Below are positions 37,981 to 48,708 of a stretch of 64,000 nucleotides of DNA, piece after piece (position 1 is the first letter of the stretch; every line of letters begins with the position of its first letter). The stretch covers positions 806,001 to 870,000 of the forward strand of contig NW_026515672.1 of NCBI RefSeq assembly GCF_025526975.1, in the 5' to 3' direction. The notes below the pieces were generated by a model. It had not been told where the DNA came from and made no database searches. It worked only from the letters and a program-made list of their open reading frames with translations. Both the position numbers and the translations under genes were made by a program. Source of the DNA: Fimicolochytrium jonesii (Eukaryota).

Positions 37981-40900
37981 TCATTCTTCCCGTACAGCGA
38001 CGTTGGTAGGGTCATCCATTATCCCAGGACCCGCATTTCCATCAATAGGAACCTTGTCAACGCCTTCCCCTCGGTGTGTCTCTATGTGACCAGGAAGCTC
38101 AAGGGCTGCTGGAGGTGAATCTTTTTCGCCTCCGGGAGTGTTGAGCCCCAAATTGCTCTTTTTCAATGCCGCGCTGCTCTTGGTTCTGGCGTTGCTTAGA
38201 TTCTGCGTAGAAGACACGCGCGACGCGGGCTTGGTTGCCAGACGGTCAGAGGATGCCGTTGCTTTCGTTCCAGCTTTGTTGAGGCCGCTATTGCTGGACG
38301 TGCGGCTAGGGCTTCGGGACTTTGAGGCGAGTACGCTTTGGGATCCCATATTTTTCCCGTTTGCAAGATTGTTGGTGCTCCGCTTTGTGCTGGCTGCAGC
38401 TACACGGGCTGGGGCAGCAGCAGGTTTTGCTGCTGATGGGGGATGTGGTGCCACATCACCATGTGCAAAAACGATATCTATTTCCCGTGCAGCTGATGCG
38501 GGAGAATCGGATCCATGTACGGCATTCTTTTGACCGTCAGTGCCAAATCGGCCTCGAATACTGGTCGGTGCTGTCTCCTTCGCCTTAGTGGAATCGGTTG
38601 GGCCAGCCAGCTCTCTCCATCGCTTGATTGCGTTCTCACCCTCCAGGATGAGCGCGTATATCGGGGCACTACAGAGGCGGGTTGGCATGCGAGCTAGATT
38701 TTCGACGGAAGACGAATAACCTGTAGTTTACCTTGTCATCCACTGAACCAGGCCATCGAAGAATGGTTTCCCTTCATGCTCTCGGTAAAACTCTTTCGCT
38801 TTGTCGGCGGTGAATGTCAACACTTTCTCGTCAGCAATCTTCAATCCGCTCTGGTTGATTAGCTGGATAATCTCGTCTTTGTGTGCACTCCGGGAAACGT
38901 CTGGCTTCAGCAGGGCCAAGGTTTTCTCGGAGTATGCTGGTCCTGCCTTCACGGAATCACCAAAAACGATTCCAATCTCGCGAATTGCCGATGCCGCAGA
39001 GTCCGACCCATGTACGGCATTCTGGGATCCATCTGTCCCGTACAATGCTCGAATGCTGAAGGTGACGAAATCATCAGAAGACCAGCGCTTTGGAACTCAA
39101 GCAACGACGCCTCGGCGGCCATACCTGTTTGGTGCCGTATTCCGTGCTGTCTCAGCATTGGTAGGTCCTGCAAGCTCTCTCCATGCTTTGATGGCGCCCT
39201 CCTTCTCCAGTACTAGAGCGTAAATGGGGGCACTGGACATCCACTCTACGAGGCGATCGTAAAAAGGTTTTCCGAGATGCTCCTTATAGAACTCCGCCGC
39301 CTTTTCTCTCGTGAATGTGACCTCTTCCTGTTTGATGATAACGAATCCATCATCTTGTACCCGGCTGAGAATAGCATCTCTATGTAGGCCGTAGGCGTCA
39401 GGCTTGATCAAGGCTAACGTTCTTTCTAAATGTCTCTCATCTTGTCCCAGCTGTCCAGATGGGAAGGGCACAGAGCTTTCCACACTCGCGAGTGCACCCT
39501 GAGATTTCGTTTTGGGAATTGCGGCCTTGACACCCTTTGCGGTTGCGAATGGTGACACGGTCTCTCCAAAAACAATCTGAATTTCGCGCTTTGCTGATTC
39601 TTCTGAATCACTTCCATGCACAGCATTGGAAGATCCATTCTTCCCATAAAGCGCCCGGATGCTGTTCGGCGCATTTTCGCGAGCTGTTGCGGAGTTGGTT
39701 GGTCCAGCCAACTCCCTCCACCCAGAAATCGCGCCTTCCTTTTCCAATACAAGCGCGTATATTGGAGCACTAGACATCCACTTCACGAGATCAGCGTAGA
39801 AGGTTTTGCCCACATGTTCTGCGTAGAACGACTCAGCAATCTCCTTGCTGAACTGCACGTCCTTCTCTCCCACTATCGTGAACCCAGCATCCCGTATGCG
39901 TGTGAGAATGTCGTTCTTGCGAGCGGGATAGGCGTCCGGCTTGATCAAAGCTAAGGTTCGCTGGAACGGCTGCCCAGATAATGTCGCCGATGGATGTTGT
40001 GCGGCCGAGCTTTTGCCAGCTTCATGTGGGAAGATAAGCTGGATTTCGCGCTCAGCGGATGCGGGAGAGTCACTGCCATGAACTGCGTTGTGGCTTCCGT
40101 CGGTTCCATACAAGGCCCGAATGCTGTTCCAAAGTTTTCCGTCAGCAAATCATTAGCGAGGGAGCCATACTGCCATGGGAGTCGGCAAGGCGCTACCCAG
40201 CACTAACCTGTGCGGCGCATTTGCTCGTGCCTTAACAGAATCTGTGGGACCAGCTAACTCTCGCCACTCCGTGATGGCATCTTCCTTTTCCAGAACGAGT
40301 GCATATATGGCTGTACTACATATATAGATAAGCCAATCGGGCAAAATGGTGAGTTAACGCCTCGGTGTGTCTGCCATCATTCACGAATCGGGGCGTACCT
40401 GCTCATCCAAGCCACCAGGTCGCTGTAGAACGGTCTCGAGGCATGCTCGCGGTAAAACTCCCCAGCTTTCTCCTCCGTAAGTTTGATTTCCTTCTGTTGT
40501 ACAATACGGAATCCAGCTTTTTGAATGCGCGCAACAATGTCGTCTCTGTGGCCAGCTGCATATGCATCCGGCTTGATCAAGGCTAACGTGCGCTGCCGTA
40601 GTATTCCACTTGGTGGCGCTCCAATGACTCTGTTGGTCGCAAAGTTTTGATGCTCTTCCGTGAACGGACTGACGTCGTTTCCAAACACGATGTTGATTTC
40701 GCGGACAGCTGATGCTGCCGAATCACTCCCATGCACTGCGTTTTGACTGCCATCGGTCCCGTATAGAGCTCGAATACTGGGAGCAATTCAAGCTCAGTGT
40801 AGGGGAAAAATAACTATACACAGCTCACCCATACCTTTGAGGGGCGGACTCCCGGGCTGTGTTGGAATTCGTGGGACCAGCTAGATCTCTCCACCCCTTG

Positions 40901-43900
40901 ATCCCATCAGATTTCTCAAGAACCAGAGCATAAATCGGAGCACTAAACCGGAGCATAAATCAGATGGGATGAAATCTTCTTCGAAATCCGATCCTGAAAC
41001 ATACCTGCTCATCCACGCTACCAAGTGATCATAGAAGCTCTTCCCCTCATGCTCCCTATAAAATTCTTTGGCCTTTTCCTCAGACCACTTGACTTCACTC
41101 TCCTTGACGATTCTGAAACCATCTTCTTTGATCCGTTTCACAATGTCATCCTTCTTCCCAGCCCCATAGGCATCTGGCTTGATCAGCGCGAGAGTGCGCT
41201 GTAAAAGAGGACCGGACGGGTCTAGGAGCTCCGTAGTGCTACGCGCCGCAGCGACTCTCTGATGCGGTCGTGCACCTTCGGCGCGAGCGCTGACGGTGTC
41301 CCCGAAAATGATCTTGATTTCTCGTTCGGCGGATTGAGGCGAGTCAGAACCATGGACAGCATTTTTGCTTCCGTCCTTACCGTATATGGCACGGATGCTA
41401 AGTAACTTATCGCGGTTAGTCCGCCATGGTGCATAAGTTGAATCAACGCACTTCCAACGCACCTATTGGGAGCAACTTCCCGAGCTTTGTTCGAATTCGT
41501 AGGTCCAGCTAACTCACGCCAGGCTGTGATGGCGGCATCTTTCTCGAGCACCATCGCGTAGATGGGCAAATCCGGCCTGACAGACGACTATTAGAATGTT
41601 GCCAACTCTGGTCGCATCTGTCACAGAACTTACGTGCTCATCCACCTGACAAGATCCTCGTAGAAGCCCTGCCCTAGATGCTCCTTATAGAACTCCTCGG
41701 CCTGCGCTCGAGTGAGCTCGACCTCCTTCTCGGCAACAATCTTGAACCCAGCATCACGTATTCTTTGCACAATCTCATCCCTCTTGCCCGACGCAAAGGC
41801 GTCCGGTTTGATTAACGCGCAGGTTCGTTCTGTCAAGACATTGTCTTCTGCGGCATGTTTTGCGGCTCGGACAGCGTTTTCACTTAGTGCGGCGCCCGCA
41901 GTTGTGCTCGTTCGTGCATTATAGATGCCGGATTCCGACCGCATGAGCAGGCTAGGGAACAAAGCTTCCACCTCGCGCGTTGCATTTTCGGCTCCGTCGC
42001 TTCCGTGGACGGCGTTGCGGACAGTGTCCGTCCCAAAGATGGCGCGAATACTGAAAAGGGATCGTTCCGTCTTTCTCGAATACGGCGTAAAATTGGGCGG
42101 CTGGTTTCTTACCTCATAGGGACAGTATTTCTTGCTACCTCTGGATCGGTAGGACCAATCATCTCCCTCCATCCGCTTACGACGCCGTATCCTTTCAGAA
42201 CTAACGCAACGACTGGCCCACTGGAAGCGCATCCGACATGTTCGTCTCAGTCTTCACTTAATCAGAGGTAGTCATCGTCATCAACGAAACATACCTTGAC
42301 ATAAACGCTACAGTATCCGCAAAGTAGGGCGTTTCTTTCTGATGAGAGTACAAATCGGCAGCTTGATCCGCCGACAGATTGATCGTCTCCCTTTTGATGA
42401 CCTGGTATCCCCTGCAAATAATTCGTTCGATGATCGCATCCAGTTTGCTCGTGTCTACAATATCGGGCTTGATGATTGCAAGTGTTTTCTCCGCATGTGC
42501 TCCCGCTGGAGGCGGTGTATCTTTGATTTCAAGCATCGGTAGCTCTAGAACGGACGTGTTGGGTCCAAAAATGAGATCGATCTCGTGGCCAGCAGCTTCC
42601 AGAGACTCCGAGCCAAAAACGGCGTTCAAGCGGTTGTCTGTCCCAAGTGACGCCCGAATGCTGTAGACAATGTGAGGGAGCAGTTTTTGAAGCTTTCACT
42701 GTGTGAACTAGCTGTCCGTACCTCGATGGAGCTTGATCGCGGGCAGTGGCAGGATTTGCTGGACCCATCAGTTTCCGCCAGTCCTGCACGGCGTTATCCT
42801 TCGAAAGAACCAAAGCAAGGATTGGGGCCCTGAATTGTGAATGCGGTCAGCATCTCAACATGGCTCCTCAACAGTCCACGTTGCTCGCCGCATGATGTTG
42901 ATGGAAACATACGTAGACATGTGCGTGAGCACCCCTTGGAAGTAGTTGGCCTTCTCATGTTCCCGATACAGCTGCTCCACCTGTTCCGGGGAAAGCCACA
43001 CTTTCTTTTTCTGAACCACCTCAAACCGATGCAATCGGATCTGGTTCATGATTTGATTGATCAGCTCAGGACCCATCGCATCTGGCTTGATGATCGCCAA
43101 AGTGCTTTCGGCTGTAGCCGACATTGGAGTGTAAGGGGTGGTGGCTGACAAATTGTCCGATACACCGCCGGCAAGGTCGGCTTTAGAGCCTCCAGTGCGA
43201 GTCACTGGTGCGCCATTCGTGTGTGCAGAGACGCGGAGGTCTCCATGGCGATACTGTTGAGAAAAAATCAGCGGATACCATCAAAGTCGAAACCCACTCT
43301 GGACACTCATGATCTCACCGGAGGATGAGCTTGGCCTTTCGCTGCGAGATCCAGTTGATCTTTGATGGTGGACTCGATCAGAGGCGAGTTTGCACCTTTT
43401 ATGAGATTGACCAGTACGCCGTTCTACGGAGGTTCATTTAGCTCAATGAACCGCATGCACTTGAGAATCATTTCCGTCTTACGAAGAAGAAAAGAAATGT
43501 TGGGCATGACTTGTTTCGATATGACTCCAACGCTTCGATGCCATCAGTAAGCGCCTAGAAATCAACGTCAACAAGATTGTCATGTGCTATCGACAGCGAA
43601 GCACGGAGTCTCACAGTGGCAAAGGTCACTTGTTCTCCATAATCCAGCTTCAATCGCTTGAAAATGTTTTGCATCGGCTCGCATGGTCCAGCCCACTTCG
43701 CTTCAGAAAGCAAGTCGCTCGTCATGTTCAACACGCTGCATGCATAGACCATCAAATGGACATTTACCATAAACATCGACGACTGTGAATCATCCGATAT
43801 TTACAATAAATGTAAACGTGGATCAGAGATGCGATTGTAACTTCCGACGACCAAATCCCGCTCTTGTCTCTTTTCACGCACCAGTAAGCCCTGGTTTTTC

Positions 43901-43978
43901 CGTAAGGGTGTTCCAATCTTCGTCTGTCGTGACTGCCACTGCTCCCGCCAACTCGATCTTCCTCGCGTGAGCACTCAT
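37981..43978 (-). CDS. Thioredoxin domain + 8 tandem nucleoside-diphosphate-kinase domains (NME8/NME9, dynein IC1-like), probably axonemal; many exons
   Basis: N-terminal exons read MSAHARKIEL...TDEDWNTLTEKPGLT|VVDVY|AKWAGPCEPMQNIFKRLK...SCPTFLFF|NGVLVNLIKGANSP, an NME8-type thioredoxin. Eight T(L/C)A(L/I)(I/L)KPD...NAV(H/F)GS units and a low-complexity tail follow. Confidence 0.9.
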
Positions 43979-44757
43979 TTTGAGCTGCTTCAACCTTTAA
44001 CAAATAAAGAGATCCGGCCACGGAATGCTACGAAAGCGAAAAAAAAAAGGCACTTATGTCCCTTCTCAACGAATTTTTGGTGACAACGGATTTGTACGTT
44101 TCGGTGGGATCAGGATTTCGAAAGTGACGGCCGAGAAGCGCGGTTTTATCCATCGCGCTTTTGGTAAGCACGCGTCGACATGGCTTCGGAGTCTGGCTTC
44201 GGAGTCCCATACTTCTGCAGATCCAGCTGCATCATGCAGATTCATGCTCCCGCGAGGACGGGGTCTGCGTACGTCCGGCGATGTTTAGTATATCTAAAAG
44301 AAAAGAATCTGCAATTTGTTCACAACGGCATTTCGGCTTCAGATATCGCCCGCTTATGGATTTTGGAGATGCGGTACCCAGTTTGATGCGAAAAGGCGCA
44401 CCCGTATCATCATTTTTGGCAGCCAAATCCTGCGCAAAATCGTATGGCATGTCAACACTTGCTGGATCGTTTCACTTATTCCTGACTCGGACGCCCTGGC
44501 GTTGTGAGGATCCGTGTGCATACCATTTGACAGTACCGCCAAGCCGAACCCATGGGACGGCGATCGACCGCAAATTCACATGCATCCCATTTTACGCCCA
44601 AGTAACTCTACAATACGCCCATGTAATTTGCGCCCAAGTTCCAAATGAAGTTGTGCAAATGAAGACAGACTAGCAGGCCTATCGGCATTGATATATAAAA
44701 GGCCGCGCGCCAGCGGGGCCTCCCTCCTACCTGTAGATACTTGCCGCCATCCTCGCG

Positions 44758-46764
44758 ATGACTCTCTCGACACCGGTCTGCGTTGGCTTGGCCATCCCCG
44801 TGCTAACTGCCGTTGCCTTTGGCTTGCGGCAGGCTTACCTGCGGTTTGTGGCCAAGACCACGGTGTTCATTGACGAGCATTATGTAGCAGAGCAAGGCCC
44901 ACGACGTGGCAAGTCGGCGGTGGTATGCGGTGGTAGTTTCGCTGGAATGGCGGCGGCCCGGGTGTTGCTGAACCACTTTGACCACGTCACTGTTTTGGAG
45001 AGTGAGGCCTTGGACGTTGGGAACACGGACTGGAAAAGTCCGAGGAAGAACATCGTTCAAGCCAGTGCCCTCCACATATTGCAGCCAGCAGGGTTCCGGA
45101 TGCTGGAGCGCCTGTTTCCGGGCATCCGTCAACGTATGTCACACCCCGGAGCAACTCGAATTCCTGGAGCTAAAGATGTTCTAACCTGATGTCCACGCAG
45201 GGTATCTTGAACTTGGCGTCGCGCCATTTAATGTCGTTGATGGCGTTTTCTCAGTCTGGGGCGGCGTGGTCATGCGGCCCAAAGCTAAAGACGTGGACTC
45301 AGTCCTAGCCAGTCGAACGGCGTACGAGGCAATCGTGCGCGCAAAGCTTTTGGAATGCGATCCAAAACGCTTGAACTTCAAAACAGCCGTAACTGTTCAA
45401 AATCTCGTCATTGAGAATGGAAGGGTGCAAGGAGTGACATGCTACAGCAAAGATGATCAAGGAACCTTTACGTTGAACGCTGATCTCGTTGTAGATGCGA
45501 CCGGCAGAAGTTCCAAGGGTGGGTCTATTCTGCTGTGCATTCTACTCCTCCTTCGTAGCATCATTTGACTGACCGGGGTTTTGGATCATGCAGGTCGAAG
45601 ATGGTTGAAGGATGCTGGCTACCCGGAAATTCCTGAGGAATCCTATGATCCCCATATTCAGTACGTAAACGCGATCTACGAGATGGCTGGTCCCCTTCCA
45701 CCATTCGTAGCGACTATGCCACGCCCTGGTACCCAAGATCGCGATGCAATCTTCATGACAAAGATGGAAAACAATCTGTGTTATGTGGCGACACAGAAAG
45801 TCGCTGACACTACCTCTGAGGGTCCAAAAACGGACGAAGAGGTTGACGCCATCTTCGAGAGAGTTCATGACTTATGGCCTTTCTGGAAGGACTTGCGAAA
45901 GAATATTGGCCGTCGTGTTTCCGATTTAAAAAAAGTCAGAGTTTCTCCGAGGTGAGCTGCAGGGCTTTACCCGTTGTAAGTTGAACTTCAACTTCAACTT
46001 CAACTTCAACTTCAACTCCTTTCCTAGCCGCTTCGTTCGCTACGATTTGATCCGGAATTGTGTCGGATTTGTTGTTGTCGGTGATGCTTTCTGCAGGTAC
46101 GTCGGAAGGACACAGTATGTGGAGTTCACTTTCGACGCTTGTCTCACATTGACCTCTTCGTGAAATTTATAGCTTCAATCCCATCTACGGACAGGGAATG
46201 GTGAGTGTCCCACGTTCACTATGTCACGATCCCCGGACCTCGCTAATTACTTTCGTCCTCGATGCTGTAGACGACAGCAGCAATGGCGGCGGTCACTCTC
46301 TCGGGTGTTCTTCGGAGCAACACTCCTGACGCCGACATCCCTACCGCATTCCACAGCCTTCTCCAACATCGTCTCCACAACATCTGGTTGACGAACCAAG
46401 TTTCCGACCTCGCGTACGACAATATCGTTCCCTGTGTCGGGAAATCCCGCACCGATTCCGACATCAAGTTTATGTCAAGCTTCAGCGCCGGGCTGTTCAA
46501 GGCCGCGCATATCGACGTGCATGCGGCAGCTGTTCTCTGTAGGTCTACCAGCTTGGTCGCTTGGCCCCATGAGGTAAGCCGTAAATGTTGCCAAATCTGC
46601 CCTTGTAGCGAGACCTGAAGACTGATGCGTATTCAGACTCTGCACCCTCAAGTTCTCTGGGCCTTCTTCAAAGCGCTTGTTCTCGGTGAAAAGTCTTCTC
46701 AGAATTGGGAATTCAGAGATGGGCAATTGGTCCAGGCCCCCAGCGCGTGAGTATGACCTTCTGA
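44758..46764 (+). CDS. FAD-dependent oxidoreductase/monooxygenase with an N-terminal membrane anchor; multi-exon; 3' end approximate
   Basis: Rossmann motif AVVCGGSFAGMAAARVL..VTVLE, ADLVVDATGRSS, and GD motif VVGDAFC|SFNPIYGQGM|TTAA. Confidence 0.85.
45984..46018 (+). repeat. Intronic hexanucleotide microsatellite (AACTTC)5+
   Basis: Five AACTTC units plus AACTC, directly upstream of the splice acceptor at about 46027. Confidence 0.9.
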
Positions 46765-47291
46765 ACATTCGTACATAGCCGGACTATGCTAGCGTATGTT
46801 GCGTGGACCGTATTTTGCTGTGTGCACATTGTAATCCCATTATGCCGCTCCCATATTTCATTCAATAGAACGTACTGTACTGTATGCATTCCTTTGTGCA
46901 GCGAGGCAGGCATAGGAGGACAGATAGGAGGCATAAGAAGTTATGATAAGAGGCGTCCCAGCAACTACGACAACTTCGTAGGCCAATTTGCTAGCAGCTA
47001 GGTTATCGAAAGTATAGGGAAACCTTTCAACATACGCATCAACAGAACATCTCAGCAACTCTGCATACATACACCGAAAGCCTCTCGGGCAGTGAACTCG
47101 ACACAACTGGAGACCTTGTCGACGCGTCCAACGAGGAAATCCTGCGGATAGGAAGAGAACGTTCAGCATTCCGTGCAGATTTGAGACAGCTCCAACGCTT
47201 CGCTTCCTCGTCAACGGAGGACGGTGCTTTGCCGGTCCAGATTATTGATAGTGCATAGGGAGGATACAAAGCGGAATAGCGCAATAACGCG

Positions 47292-48082
47292 ATGATGGCC
47301 GAACGGCAAGGTGCGGAGGACGCGGCCGCGTACAGCATACGACCGAACTTCAAGCAAAAGTAGGTCAGCGATCGCATGATAGGAGGGCCGCTGAGAGAGA
47401 GGGCGCCATGTGATTGACGAATCTCGCGGGAAACCTCAACTAGATTCCGGCCAGCAGTCGTGAACAAGATAATACACCAGGTGCTGGTTGACCGGCTGAC
47501 TGGGGCGCAGTACTCGGCGGAAACCTGTGCGCAGTGGACGAAAGAGATAGCGGATGATGTCAAGAACCGGCTGAAAGGTGAGATCACAGCGTTCCGTTTT
47601 ACGCAGAGGGATGGCTACCAATGTTGCATCCGCGCTTGGAAGATGTCTCACTTATCAGAATTCATCTGCATCTGCGGTAGAGCTGGATTATCCAAGATAT
47701 AAGTATGTGGTGAACGTCATGATTGGGGAGATGCGAGGAGAGGGGATAAGGTATGCTTGCGTCGCGATTGCATGTACGCACGTACTTGATTTCCCACATC
47801 TCTGGCTTGGCGTATAGAATGGGATGTCGGTGCTTTTGGGATGCGGATACGGATAACGTCGCGGAAGACACTTTCATCAACGTTAGTATTGGCGAGATCG
47901 CAACTCGGAGCAAATCCGCTTGTGCACCTCAGCTGAACACATTTCTCCGCCTCCTTTCCTGCAGGATTCATTATTCTGCGTGGTAGCTGGTAGGGATATG
48001 CGTTATCTGTCGAACTCCGTACCCGAAACGATTCTGATGATCTGTTGCCTCCTCGGTAGCATTCGGTGTGTATTTTTACTAG
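47292..48082 (+). CDS. TCTEX1D2: Tctex-1 family dynein light chain, TCTEX1D2/Tctex2b-like; 6 exons
   Basis: YSIRPNFKQK|FRPAVVNKII...WTKEIADDVKNRLK|ELDYPRYKYVVNVMIGEMRGEGIR|MGCRCFWDADTDNVAEDTFIN|DSLFCVVA|AFGVYFY*. Confidence 0.88.
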
Positions 48083-48708
48083 AGTCCACATTCAGTAGTC
48101 GTGTGCTGGGAAACCGTCGGCTTGCGGAAGGCGATATTGTAAATGTAATCGAAACGCGCAGACTGTTGGGGGAAAGACCAGGGTGCGAGACAAAACGAAG
48201 GACCAAAGTCTGGCGCGCAATAAAAAAGGTTACGGGACGAGATGCTTCCGACCGTCCAAAATGGCGATTTGCCACACATTCATTCACCGCCTACGATATG
48301 TACAAGGAAGAACGTAGCTTCTAGCCCCAATTTACTACAGTGTGCCGCCGTCACTTTCTTCCGCAGTCGCAAACACCTGCACCGAAGTGGTCCTACCCTC
48401 CGCAAGTATACGAACGCTAGGAGAGGATAAATATATACAGCAAACGCATGAAATGAGGGCAATGCGAAACAGTGGGGGGCAGGATTCGGGTAGGTGACGA
48501 TGTAGGTTGGCGCGAGGAGTCGAGGAGTCGTGAGGCCTCCAAGGCAAACCAGTAAGATACACGATAGGAGAGACGCGCATAATTCTAAAATGGACCAAAA
48601 TGGTGGTTTTGTGGAAGAGAGTGTGTCGAGGAGTTATGTGTCACAGTCCGCAGTATTCGCCGTGCAAAGTCCCACGAAGAGCGTAGCAGGTTGTTCCGAT
48701 TGGCGATT

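Noticed and set aside
38440..43110. Recurring DNA words such as GGCTTGATCAA and CCATGCAC/CCATGTAC considered as a CRISPR-like or mobile repeat
   Set aside because: They are the conserved codons of the NDK repeats (LIKP, VHG) within a spliced eukaryotic gene.
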